In this document: positions 14,248 through 26,746 of the stretch, in pieces
How positions within the stretch are numbered: the stretch's first letter is position 1
Layout: every line of letters starts with the position of its first letter
Source: Lytechinus pictus
Taxonomy: Eukaryota
DNA length: 64,000 bases
Assembly: GCF_037042905.1 (NCBI RefSeq)
Contig: NC_087250.1
Coordinates: forward strand, 23,500,001-23,564,000
Direction: 5' to 3'
Made by a program: the position numbers and the translations under genes
Notes under the pieces: generated by a model
What the model was told of the DNA's origin: nothing
What the model saw: the letters and a program-made list of their open reading frames with translations, nothing else
Database searches by the model: none

Positions 14248-14599
14248 AGTTTTCCTCAAATACCCAGCAAAATTGGGTCCAGTGGAAGCTCCTTGGTCCA
14301 AGCGAAGTGCGTCTAGAATTCCCAGATCAGGTCATCACAATATTTTCAATTTTCGAAAATTCTACCAGCTCGCTCCACGCGCCAACCAAAGCAGCGTCGT
14401 CTGCGCAAGTTCTTCACTTGCAGCGGTAGTATAGATGTACGGTTTTTCACCACCAGCCCGCCCACAGCGCTGGCGAGGATGTCGCTCCGAAGCTCCTGCC
14501 GATTGAAGTAGGCGTTCAAATAAACTTTTCTGTGAGAAAATGTAAATCTGTGTGCTCACAAATGAGGTCCGTGACCTGAAGTAATGTACAAAGTATCCA

Positions 14600-15000
14600 C
14601 GATGTGTAACAGAGTGCAGATGTGGTATTTCCGTAGTATATTATCAGAATGTAGGTTGAGAGGGAGCCGCCAGTATGTTAACCCGAGAGAGCATGCATAG
14701 CATACGCGAATATACAACGTTGGCCGAGTATCTCGTAACCAACGGATAAATTCTGGCGGTGCGGTGGGGATTCGCGATCGCTTGCAGTGTCGCCATGCAG
14801 CGGGATTTCGTCACCGTGCTAGCCGCGAGATGGATCGGGGAGCAACTTATCTCATGAATAATTCATGAGTTACGGTTGAGTGGGAGGGCTTCGAAGAAAT
14901 TTGGAGCACTTTGATTCGTCATCCATCCCGAAGAAGGGTGGAGTCTTGACACTAATTATCTTTCGGCACAGAGGGCGCTTGACCACATACGACTTGGATG
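14600..15000 (-). promoter_or_regulatory. Probable ephrin promoter/5' region
   Basis: CpG-rich stretch just upstream of exon 1; palindrome CTCATGAAT-A-ATTCATGAG (14851-14869); GC-box-like GGGAGGGC and GGGTGGAG motifs. Confidence 0.45.
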
Positions 15001-15443
15001 TTCAACAATGACTGTCGAAAATAATTGCGCAAGAAATAGGAACATTTCGAAATAAAATTACAACTGTTTGCCAAGAGAATGAATTCTACAAAATTGAAAA
15101 CTTTACGAAATAATAGCAGACCGCTCTATTCGTCAGACTTACTTTCAAAGTAAAGTGATGGGAGTCTGTACCTTTTCTGAATTTGAATTTAGGGGTAAAA
15201 TTGTTTTATGACGGACAATGTATTTTTTACTGTTCTAACTTTCATTTTCATGTTCAATTAGTAAATTTTTCACTATCTTCGAACAGTGAATCAGAACCTA
15301 CATCAGGCATTGACTTTCCCCCGTGCAATAAACAAAATGTATCAGTTTTTAATTTGTTTAAATGATTCAAATCTCATAATCTATCGACGATTAGGAATGG
15401 GGCACACACCAGCGATCTATCCCACAATAAATGTTATTTATTG

Positions 15444-15626
15444 AGGAGGGCATTGTGGCGTGCGCCTGTAATCCAAGCTATGTGGGGAAGTTACAAATTG
15501 ATGCAGAGGTTCGAGCCCTGGTCACGTCTTTCGGATGATGACGTTAACGGTCGGTCCCAGACGTAAATAATCATATCTGATTGATACAAGTCTGACAAAA
15601 CTCAAATACACACACACACACACACA
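15444..15626 (+). mobile_element. SINE-like element with 7SL/Alu-like head, B-box, Deu-domain-like core and (CA)n tail
   Basis: Head GGGCATTGTGGCGTGCGCCTGTAATCCAAGCTA (15448-15480); B-box GGTTCGAGCC (15508-15517); core GTCTTTCGGATGATGACGTTAA; CA repeat tail; TTATTG direct repeats on both sides. Confidence 0.65.
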
Positions 15627-16321
15627 TTATTGGCAGAGGGGGGGGGGGGCTTATTATTTTATAAACATTTTCGTTGATTACCATTTATCCTTAATTTTAC
15701 AAGGTGAGTCAGTTGCATGTATATTATTGTGAACGTGAAGCGCGAACGGATGTGTTTTTAATAATGACCTAAAAAAAACCGGGGTATTTTAGACACAGTT
15801 TGAAATCATTAGCAGGATTCGTATCTCCTAAAAAAATGAAAGCGCATCATTTTTTATTTGTAAAGGGGGCTTTCTGAGGACATATTTCTTGGATTTCATG
15901 AACAAGACACGTATTTCACTCACTAATAATAAGTGCATGCCGTAAGTTTGTTTTTGAGACCTGCAAATGTGATACTCTAGGGGCCTGTCTTAATTATTAC
16001 TTATCGAACTAAACAATAATAATGAGAGCACGAATATCGAACTAAAAATGTTTATAAACTGATCTGAAAAGGGAACGTTGAAGTCATAAACACTATACCG
16101 CATCTCTTAATAATACGAATGCAAGGATACACGGGTTGTTCCTAATATATAATAAAAGAAAGTGAAGCATTTTATCAGTTTACGGTAGAATGTTCATGAT
16201 AACACAAACCTTCTTTCAACATACCAGATATTTCATATTGGAAATTGTTAAAGAAATGGAAAGAACATTTTCAGTTTTCCAAGTAGATCCTAATATGGTA
16301 TTATTTTATTGGTAAAGTTCG

Positions 16322-16670
16322 TTATTTGGATGAGTTTCATTCTAGTATTCTGAATAAATCTATAAATAAAAATAATTACTTCTTATGAGCGCTAAATCGA
16401 TAACGAGGAAACTACTTTGTGCCAACCTGTTTTTTTTTATAATTTAAATCGCCTCTTCTTTCGATTCTAGAAAGTACCAGGACTGTTCAGGACTGTTTTG
16501 TATTACTATATAAGTCTTGAACGTTCTTTATTTGGATGAGTTTCACTCCAGTATACTGAATAAATCTATAAATAATGATAATTACTTCTTATTAAGCGCT
16601 ATAGATGACGAGGAAACTATTTTGTGCAAACTTTTTATTCAAATCGCCTGCGCTTTCGATGCTATAAAGT
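16322..16670. repeat. Local tandem duplication of about 205 bp
   Basis: TTATTTGGATGAGTTTCA...GAATAAATCTATAAATAA...AGCGCTA at 16322 and 16528. Confidence 0.85.
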
Positions 16671-16923
16671 AACATCATAACCTATAACGGGGGATATCGC
16701 GACCTGCACGTTTTGTAAGAACGAATGTGGTGTCGGCATACTCTAAACTATGATCAAAAGCTATAGCGCGAAGCACGAGCTAACATTTTTTTTTATCCTG
16801 GTCTAAAAACGGAAACCTTTTAAAAATAAAGACTGTTTGTATAAATTCACGAACCGGTTTTGCATCTATCTGATGCGAGCGTGAAACGCCTGCTGAAATA
16901 GTTTAATACTAAATACTGACCTG

Positions 16924-17010
16924 GGGCCCGTTGCATAAAACTTTTTCCATAAAAAACTCTTGCAATTTTCTTGCCAGTTTTTTATGGCAAAAGTTTTATG
17001 CAACGGGCCC
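16924..17010. mobile_element. Short Harbinger-like MITE
   Basis: TIR GGGCCCGTTGCATAAAACTTTT / AAAAGTTTTATGCAACGGGCCC. Confidence 0.8.
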
Positions 17011-17864
17011 TCCCTGAATAATATCGTTTACAGGGTCGGAATTGCACTAATATAATAATGCTAAAATACAAGCTGGTTGTCTTGAAATCGAATTATTCTA
17101 GTTATGTAATCATGGACAGGTTGTATGGAACTGAAAAAGCCTGCATGTGAGCGCGAATCGCGGGTTGGACTTCGTGGTTTTTTCTTCTTCTTCTCCTCGT
17201 TCTTCTTCTTCTCTTCCTCCTCCCCCTTCATCTTCTCCTCCCTCTTCTTCTCTTCCTTCTTCTTACTCTCCTTCTCCCCTTCTTTTTTTTTTAAAGCTTG
17301 TGGTTCTTACACTTTATTATGCACCATCATAAGAAAGCGTGAAACGCGACATAATTTTGTAAAAATTACAAAATCGGCCCTTATAAAAATGTCAAAGTTT
17401 TTTTTCAAAAGAGAGAAGAAAAAAATATCCACGCTCTATTGTTTACGTAACTGAAATGACAATAGCACCTGCAACAGTAAAGTATTTAATAAGTAGGTTG
17501 AAGATGCCTTTTTATTAGATACGAATTAAATTTTGATAAAAAGAGATGACTTCATATTTTTTTTCTGGATACTGTTCGTCTTTCAACGTAGAGGGCGATG
17601 TTGCACAAATGACTTCTGAGGGCATAAAAATAATGAGGAAACACGTCCTCTGTTCATTCTCATTTTCCTTCTCCTTTGCCTAGTTCTTTTCGTCCCTTCA
17701 AACTTTTGTCCTCTTGATTTATTCCTTTTTTCTTTCATTTTATACGTGTTGCTTTCGCCATAATCACTACCATGTGTCAACATAATCTTCACCCTCCGCA
17801 TCATCATAGATATTGCAGCATGATCACAAACTCCATCATCTTCTCCACTTTAGACATCCTTACC

Positions 17865-17962
17865 AACGATACTATCATCACCATCATTATCATCGCCATC
17901 AGCATCATCATCACCATCACCATAATCATCACCATCATCACCTTCATCATCATCACCATCAC

Positions 17963-17997
<35 letters not shown>

Positions 17998-18318
17998 CCA
18001 TCACCATCACCATCACCATCACCATCACCATCATCATCACCATCACCTTTATCATCACCATCATCACCACCATCATCACCATCACCATCACCTTCATCAT
18101 CATCACCATCATCATCACCTTCATCATCAACATCGTAATCATCACCATCACCATAATCATCATCATCGTCGTCATCATCATCATCGTCGTCATCATCATC
18201 GTCGTCATCACCATCATCATCATCACCATAATCATCACCATTATCATCGTCGTCATCATCACCATTATCATCATCACCATCATCATCATCGCCATAGGCA
18301 TCCTCACCATCATCATCA
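17865..18318. repeat. Imperfect (CAT/CAC)n microsatellite
   Basis: Directly visible; produces spurious poly-His/Ile/Met/Asp ORFs. Confidence 0.95.
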
Positions 18319-19192
18319 AGTAACTCGTAATGAAAATGCATACCTATAATTTTTCCTTGATTTCCTGCTAATTTCCAATACTGGTTCTTTTTCAATTACT
18401 CAAATCATTCTCTCTATAGTCACTGTATTGCAGTGTAACAATGTCGACTTCATATGTGTTGTATGTGTTCTTTTGTTTTATGTATATAATATTGTGCAGG
18501 GCCCTGGTTGACAACAGTGTTTTAATCGCTGAACAGGCTACCCTGGGTAAAGGAGGCGAATAAAATGAATAAAATAAAATCATATTCATCATCATTATCA
18601 TCATTGTCACCATAATTATATTCCCGGCATATATCATTTCATCATGTTCATTACCAGTGTTGATATATAAGAAATTCCCTATTTATTTCAGTTCTTGTAG
18701 TCTGTTCTTTTGTTTTCTTGAAATCCTTGGAGAGGATCTTACGCCATCGGTCCTCTGGTTGCTTGTTTACAAGCATTCATGCTTTCTTAGTAATCAGGTA
18801 AAAAATCACTACCAAAAGAATGTAAGAAACTGCAATTTAAACAACTTTTCTTTCTTTTCTTAAATATTCTTCAATCACCAACTTCCAATATTTCATTCTT
18901 AACTAATGAAAACAAGGTCATAAAGTTACAATAAAATCAATTAATAATATCAACCATAGATTGTAAAAACTACACTATGATTTGAATACAAAATGCAAAT
19001 TTTTCTGATATGGTTTAAAAGAACTCAGTAACCCTGCAGAAAAAAAGGAAAAGAAAAATACACTTGGTATGCAGAGGAAAAACGAACGCATACAAACACA
19101 GTCTGGCAATATTACTGTCTTGTACACAATGAAGACACCAATTGGGGCAAGCACCACGTATTACAAAACTAACCAACTGCCAAGTGCTTCAT

Positions 19193-19755
19193 CCCGGGGG
19201 GGGGGGGGGGCACTTACATTGATGAGTGGATACCATGTGCAACCCCCCCAAAAAAAAAAACACGTAAAAAAGATGTCTTTTTCAAGATAGGGCACATTAC
19301 GTACATAACGTTATAAGGGTGTCAAAAACACTAAAATAATGATAAAAGGGTAACTATTTCGCTAGGAAAGCTACTTGATTAGGGTCAAATTTGTGAGGGT
19401 AAAAAGACTAAAATGTTCTATAAAAGATGTACTTTTTGCCCCAACAGTCAACACTACATGTTTAGAGTATGATTTGCGCGAGGTGTGGCTGTACTAAACC
19501 GGATGTAGGTAAAGGTAAAACTGACGTCCCTGACTTATAACAATTAAATATCGCTGTACTTGTTTAGGGGTTCAATTCAGGAAATACTTGCCAAGAGTAT
19601 TGTTTTGTTTCCAATACTTGTTAAGGGTAGGGTTTCAAAGGCCAATACTTGTTAAGGGGTGCATTTTCAGAATATGGAAAATACTTGTTTAGGGTGCTTT
19701 TTGAGACACCATGGTTGCGCATGGTATCCACTCGTCAATGGAAGTGGCCCCCGGG
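19193..19755. mobile_element. MULE-like non-autonomous element
   Basis: About 45-bp TIR CCCGGG...CACTT.CATTGA.GAGTGGATACCATG.GCAACC; 9-bp TSD GTGCTTCAT/GTGCTTCAC. Confidence 0.85.
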
Positions 19756-19866
19756 GTGCTTCACAAAGATTTTAGTATGGCTAAAAGATGTACAGTTGCG
19801 GTACAAGACGCATTTTGGTCACAACATGCTAAAAGGACAAGACTGTGCATTTAATATCATGTGCGG

Positions 19867-20610
19867 CAGGGGTGGATCCGGGATTTTCACAAAGGGGGAG
19901 GGGCACATTTCCCCATGGAAATTTGACAAGCCCCCCAAAAAGTTTATCACTAAAAAATGAAGGTCATTTGGTCCAAGTAAAATTTGACAAGCAAAAAAAA
20001 AAAAGGCTCGCCTGCATTACGCGATTTGGTATAGCAAAAGTGCTGACTTTGAAAACAGCTATTGAATGATTATTCACAAAAACATTCATATGATATTAAA
20101 TACTATGTCCATTGACCCAAAATGGATTGACTATGATCACGTGACTCAAGACGTGTGCAAAACAATCATTCATATATGATTACCCTTATGTCTATGTTTC
20201 ATGAACTAGATCCATAAACTTTCTAAGTTATGATGCCAATTCAACAAATACCCCTAACACGTACAAAGCTCATTGACCTTAAATGACCTTTGACCTTGGT
20301 CATGTGACATGAAACTCGGGCAAGATGTTCAGTAATACTTGATTACCCTTATGTCCAAGTTTCATGAATTAGGTCAATATACTCTTTTTAAGTTATGATG
20401 ACATTTCAAAAACTTAACCTTGGTTAAGATTTCAATGTTGACGATGCCGCTGTCGGTAAAGTGGCGCCTATTGTCTCGCTCTGCTATGCAGGCGAGACAA
20501 AAACGAAACATTATTACATTACACATTCCCATTAAAAATATTTGTTATGACTTTCAAGGGGGAAGTGGGGGCACTGGCTGGATGTACCCCTCCTGCTGGA
20601 TCCACCACTG
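19867..20610. mobile_element. hAT-like MITE containing a nested element
   Basis: CAGGGGTGGATCC...GGATCCACCACTG ends; imperfect 8-bp TSD ATGTGCGG/ATGTGAGC. Confidence 0.65.
20000..20504. mobile_element. Helentron/HINE-like non-autonomous element
   Basis: Subterminal inverted repeat CTCGCCTGCAT (20007) / ATGCAGGCGAG (20486); terminal hairpin TTGTCTCGC...GCGAGACAA; TGACCTT repeats; A-rich flanks without a TSD. Confidence 0.55.
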
Positions 20611-21539
20611 ATGTGAGCATAGGTACTTAAGTATAAAGTATTACTATAAGTCACGCTTAATGGTATTAACACATGTATTATTGAAAAATAACTATCTGAA
20701 AAATAGCATGATGTCATAAGCATGGGGAGTATTATCAAAAGGGAAAGTCTGAGACAATGTTTGCAAATGAGATCTAATGATACCAACAAACAATTCTTCC
20801 AACACAAACTATCCTTCTAGCAGCTATGTTGAATTTTCTTCTCAACATAGCTGTTTGTTATCCATCCAACAAACTATATTAAATATATTTTTATGGTTTC
20901 AGAGGTTTTCTTTTAGTAAATATTATCAGTGGTAGGGATTTATGTCATGAGAGGGGGTCTGAAAGAGCATTAAAGGTCCCTTTGGTGTGTTTCAACCTAG
21001 GATGTATAATTTAAAACATTTTGGGATTCAATTTCCATCTGCTTTTAATGACATTTCAGAGGTTTTTTTTATTAGGAAATAGTATACATCCCTTTTGTGC
21101 AACCACAATGCATCATTTCAACCTTCCAACATATTGTTACTCTTCAACAATTTAAAAAAATTAGCTAGAAAATGAGCTATCAATACACTATAAAACTAGT
21201 ACTGGCAATACAACAATGTTACATAATCATTAGATCATTAAAAAAATGCCTTATAATAATAATTGTAATAAGAATTCTGCTTTCGCATGGCATGACACAT
21301 ATCTTTAACAATTTATCTACTGTAAAAAATGAAACAATATCAAGTTTTATCTAATTTACAGCAGATTTTGGCAAAGAAAAGGTGGGCTGGAAATCAAAAA
21401 GTCCAAATGCTATAAATATTTATGAAAGTGAAATGAAAAAAAAAGTTTCATGATAAGACTAAGGCAATTTATGGCAATGATATTAATAATGTCACATTTC
21501 TGGTTATGGCAAGAAGATACCAATAGCATGTTAGGTTAA

Positions 21540-22137
21540 AGGACAAGTCCATCCCAACAAAAAATTGATTTGAACATAAAGAAAAAATCAAACAAGGATA
21601 ACACTGAAAATTTCATCAAAATCGGAAGTAAAATAAGAAAGTTATAACATTTTTAAGTTTTGCTTAATTTCACAAAACAGTTATATGCACATCCTGGCGG
21701 CATGCAAATGAGGAGACTGATGACGTCATCCACTCACTATTTCTTTTGTATTTCATTATGTGAAATATGAAATATTCTAATTTTCTCCTCATTGTTAAGT
21801 GAAACAAAGATTAATTCCTCCCTGAACATGTGGAATTACATTGTTTTATCATTTTATGGTTCAGTCAAGTTGGTCTTTATTGTCAAATCTGTAAAAAATT
21901 AAATATTGTATAATTCAAACAATAAAAAAAAAATAGTGAGTGAGGGACATCATCGATTGTCTCATTTGCATGTCACTGAGTTGTACATAATCACTGTTTT
22001 GTGAAAAATAGGCAAAATTTTAAAATGTCATAACTTTCTTATTTTACATCCGATTTTGATGAAACTTTCAGTAATATGCTAGTTTGAATTTTCTCTATTT
22101 ATTCAAATCAACATTTTTCTGGGGTGGACTTGACCTT
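21540..22137. mobile_element. Kolobok/T2-like TTAA MITE, full copy (family A)
   Basis: TTAA-AGGACAAGTCCA...TGGACTTGACCT-(T)TTAA; long imperfect inverted arms; other copies at 6901, 22713, 39750 and 46099. Confidence 0.85.
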
Positions 22138-22712
22138 TTAAAGGGATTGAGAAAATTTGTAGAGGTTTACAATAATCTGGGTAGTGGGGCCCTACATATT
22201 GTCAGTCCAAGCAATGTTTAAAAACGAAACCATGTAAAAATCACTTAATATATAAAGCATCATTACATGCTTGGCTACAAGTAAAATTAAACAATTATTT
22301 TCCATCATTAGCCTACATGGATGCTTCAGATGGTAGCCATCATTATCGCAGAAATTAAGCGACTGATAAGCTTAAAAATCCCAGGTGATTCCTGTTTGAA
22401 CTAAAGGTTTGCAATAATTAAAGCATTAATTGCATGAGAAAAAAAAAAGGATTTAGATCCTAAATGATGTTAAACAATCACTTTAAAAGGAAAATTGGTC
22501 TCCCATTGGGGGTAGTTTGCACAAACTCTTTCGCTCGAGGAAAGAGGTCTGAATATGCAGTCTAAAGCCTCTCCTTTTAGAAAGAAAATTGAAAGTAAAA
22601 CAAGTTGTATTTGTGCGAGTCTTGTCGCAACACCCACTTATTGATGTTTTAATCAGGGTCTATGCCTGTACCAATGCAATTTCACAAAACAGCAATATAT
22701 GCTTAATGCTCA

Positions 22713-23183
22713 ATGCTTAATTTCACAAAACAGTTGTATGCACATCCTGGTTGGCATGCAAATGAGGTGAGTGATGACATCATCCACTATTTCTTTTGTA
22801 TTTTATTATATTAATATAAAATATTCTAATTTTCTCCTCATTGTCAAGTGATACAATTAATTCCTCCCTAAACATGTGGAATTTATATTGTTTAATAATA
22901 TATGGTCAGTCAAGTTGGTCTTTATTGTCAAATCTATAAAAAATGAAATATTGTATAATTCAAACAATAAAAACAAAAGAAATAGTGAGTGAGAGACATC
23001 ATCGACTGTCTAATTTGCATGCCAATGAGTTGTGCATATCACTGTTTGTGAAAAATAAGCGAAAATTTAAAATGTCATAACTTTCTTATTTTACATCCGA
23101 TTTTGATGAAATTTTCAGCACTATGCTAGTTTGATTTTTCTCTATTTATTCAGATCAGCATTTTCCTGGGGTGGACTTGACCT
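22713..23183. mobile_element. Family A TTAA MITE, left end missing
   Basis: Collinear with 21660-22137; ends GGACTTGACCT-TTAA. Confidence 0.8.
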
Positions 23184-23672
23184 TTAATTTTGATTTTGAC
23201 CAATCAATAGCATGAATTTGGAACTTGTATTCAATTGTTTTAAAAAAGCATTTCAAACAAAACTCTTCTTGGTACAGGCACCTGGAAACAAGTTTTAAAA
23301 CCACCAAGTCAAAGTACCTAGAGGTATATACTGGTATGGATACAATTTAATGCATGTCAAAGGTGCAATTGGGTAATTTCTTAGGTGGAATTTTGTAGTA
23401 CTATTGATGCTAACAGTTATAGTGAGTACGTATCATAATCAGCTCCCTCATTTGTGTACAACCCACGATGTGTATATCACTGTTTTTTTTAATAAACAAA
23501 TATAACAAATTTACATCATAATGTTCTAATTTTACATCAATATCGATGACTTTTTCAGTGTTATGCATGTTTGAGTTGTCTCTCTTCATGTCTTTATTTT
23601 AATCTACTTTTGTTCAAGGGATTTGAATTCGATTTAAATGAGGGAGAGATAGGGTAACTCTGACATAGTAAA

Positions 23673-24220
23673 TCAATAATGCATAATGTTTGAGAAATGA
23701 GTGAGAGGTTGGGGCGTGGTCTGGCCCTGCCCTACACCAATCAGAGGGGGCGGTACTGTGACATTATGAGGCATCGGCTGGCTGTGCGATGTGATGGGCG
23801 ATCGGTTGGCCGCTTCCCCTGCTAGGGTTGACAGGTGGTGGTACCCACCCCCTCCTCCGATTGGCCCAATGTTTGGGTGAACGTAATGCATTGTCATATT
23901 TGTCGCGACGGACCGTGGGAATATCGTTGTGGCACTTGTGGAAGCGGGAAGAGTGCTCGGTTGGGGCGTGGTGACTCTCGTGAGGTGGATGGGGTAGCCG
24001 CTGGGGTGTGATAGGAGGGTCTGGTGGTTGGGTTGGTGGAGCTGAGGAGGGCGCATGTTACGGGCGTCGGCCAGTGCCTCCATCATGGCTGCGACGGAGG
24101 AAGTCGCCGCTTTGTCGAGGTTCGTGATCGAGAGACGCTCCACGTCGTGGCTGGGGTCTGAGACGGAACTGATGACCTCGTCGGGAAGTATTGAAGGACC
24201 TTGATGAACATCAGTAGATA
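23673..24220 (-). CDS. C2H2 zinc-finger protein, last coding exon (Pro/His/Thr-rich tail)
   Basis: Acceptor TTTCCTTTCGTAG at 24221; phase 1 gives VSTDVHQGPS..., in frame with ORF 23673-24143; TGA at 23675-23673. Confidence 0.88.
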
Positions 24221-24835
24221 CTACGAAAGGAAAAAGAGAGGATCATAATAATGCTGAGATCACTAAAATTGCCTGTGAATACAGATTTTGTTAAACTCCC
24301 ATAGAAAATTGAATGGACGGATGACTTTTCCCATGACTAGTGATCCTTCTTATGCTAAATGATTTATCCCTGTGTAGCCAAGGGTGGAAATCTCTCCCCA
24401 CAGGTAGGGGGACCATGGGCAGGAAAATTTGACAAGGGAAAAAAAAAAAAAAAAAAAGGTTATCACCCAAGAAAGTAAGGTCATCTCTTCCAAAATACAT
24501 GTTTTATTTCGATATTGAATGATGTGTTTCTTTCCATCATAAAAGACCAAAAATAGTAGGGGGGACATTTGATATTGTGTCACTGTCCCCCCTGAGATTT
24601 CCACCCATGTGTGTAGCTGACTAAGCACTTTTGCTCCAGTCATGCATAAATTGGTGTGTAACTTTACAAACAGCGCTATATGTATGTACCCCACCCTTGA
24701 TCCAGTAAGCAAAACAGTAACAACAGGGATAGAGTCCAAGCCAGCCTGAAAGCAAGATTTTGCCGGCCGAGGCCAAGCCTTTGGGAGGTTTTCACCAGTA
24801 GCCTTGTGGCTCACAACTACCAGCCTTGACTACGT

Positions 24836-25138
24836 GGAGCGTTGTGGCCCTGAGGATTAGTCTCCGGACTTTGAAACAGAGGGTCGTGGGTTCGAATCGG
24901 AATCCCAGCCATGGTGTAATTTCCTTCGGCAAGAAATTCATCCACATTGTGCTGCACTCGACCCAGGTGAGGTGAATGGGTACCCGGTAGGAAGAAATTC
25001 CTCGAATGCTCGAGCGCCCGATCAAGGTATCCGTGCTAAAGCAGGGGTAATAATAATAGCAGGGCCCGCTGGGAGAACAGTTTTCGGAACGGAAGTGGTA
25101 CCCTGGGTAAATAAGCCGTTATTATTGTTATTATCATT
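24836..25138 (+). mobile_element. tRNA-derived SINE in a zinc-finger gene intron
   Basis: tRNA-like head with GGTTCGAATC B-box; central CACTCGACCCAGGTG...AATGGGTACC; (TTA)-rich tail; ACTACGT/ACTACAT TSD. Confidence 0.8.
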
Positions 25139-25881
25139 ACTACATCCCTGATTAATAAGCCCTGACATAGCATTCATCCTTACTGCATGTCAAAATTGCA
25201 AATGGTAAATGACAAAAAGAAATGAATGATTTCATTACAATCATTATCATCATTAATCGATAGCAGTGGCACAACGAGCCAAAAAATTTAAGGGGGCCAG
25301 ATATGGCATGTTGTGCAAAAATTAATATGTTTTTAAAATTAAAATCCAATTTAATGATAAATTTTGACATAATATTCAGAAAATAATATATTCCCCATCC
25401 TCTCTTTCCTTTTCTCTCTGTTTTCCTTGGTTGTAAAAAATTGTGGGTGGGGCAAGTGCTCACCCCCCCCCCCCCCATCTGTACAACACTGGTCAATAGG
25501 TTACCATGCTCTAGGATTGAGCTTAATCGAGAATCAATTTGGCAAGTAATTTAAATATGCAAGAAAAAAAATTAAAGCTAGTAATTTCATTCTAAATGGA
25601 ATCTTTCTGCATTATGTCCTTAACTGTCTGTCAAATTGAGCATGTTTATTTTCATTTCCAGCTAGTAGTGTCCTAAATTTCCCAAGACATCAAATGGTTT
25701 GAGCAATCAATAAACCTGATGAATAGAATTTCAAAGAATAGTATTCTCAGGTCTAATGATTTTATACTGAACTTGCCATAGCTGTTATTCAAACAAGCAT
25801 GCTCATTTTAAAACTAGTATATACTCCTTGCAGGGACTGAGCAGTCAACAGACAAGAAGGAGCGCAAAGAACAGTATTCAC

Positions 25882-26232
25882 CTTGCATCAGTTGCTCCTG
25901 CTTGAATTCCTGAGTACTGCACATGGTTGCCATATTGTACATTGCCGCTGCCACCTGGCCCCCTGCTGTCAGGTTAACCTGCGAGGCCATCTGGCCGAAC
26001 TCCACAGCATTCACGATATCCTCAACAACGCTCTTCTCTGTTCTCTGCTTCTGCTCTTCGCTCACTGCCATCAGGTTCCCATCCTTGGGATCGTTTTTGT
26101 TTGAACGTGGCTTGCGAGTTCTGGAGCTGACCCTTTGGGCCCCGGGGCCGTGGTGACGCTTCTTATGCTTGTAGAGGTTGCTGTTGGTAGAGGTCTCATA
26201 GTCACAGAGGTTACATTTCTTTGGTTTTTCTC
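25882..26232 (-). CDS. C2H2 zinc-finger protein, coding exon 3
   Basis: Acceptor CTCACAG|GA completes the TGEKP linker; finger CNLCDYETSTNSNLYKHKKRHH; 351 nt; donor AAG|GTGAAT. Confidence 0.92.
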
Positions 26233-26746
26233 CTGTGAGAGTGTAAATAAAATAGAAAATCAATGAAAACATCCCAATCAAAATGTTATTAAAATGCAAT
26301 AATTGCTCTGGAAATGCCTTTATAATGGAATAACGATAAGAAAATAGAGGGAAAGTAGTAGAAGTGACAGAAAAAGTGGTAGTAGTCATACACAATCACT
26401 ATAATATCGACACCATAAATAGGGTGCAATATTGCATATCGGGGCATTTGATCAATGAAGTAATGATCTCATACCATTTTTTCAGATCAGAACAGAGATG
26501 GAAGAATAACATTTTAGGAGCGCTGAATTAAAACCCTGCTTTAGCAGGGCTATATACCCTGAAGCTCAAGCACACAAAGAATTCCTTTCTGGGTAGAGAG
26601 TAGAAAATGTTGAGAAACACCTTGATAAAGACTCAAGTGCTGGAGTGAGATGTGAACCATGGACCTTGTGGTCCAAAGTTTAGTGACTGAGCCACAACAC
26701 CTTTACATTGTTATGATTGGAATGAATAAATGAAGAATCATTTTAC

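Noticed and set aside
15448..15500. True 7SL gene or human Alu contamination
   Set aside because: Similarity stops after about 40 nt, with no S domain, no Alu dimer and no poly-A tail; the unit sits in native flanks with a TSD.
17772..18395. Poly-His, poly-Asp, poly-Ile and poly-Met ORFs
   Set aside because: Artefacts of a (CAT)n microsatellite that is open in several frames.
24836..24915. tRNA gene (also 29801 and 50050)
   Set aside because: The cloverleaf is imperfect and continues into SINE body and tail sequence.
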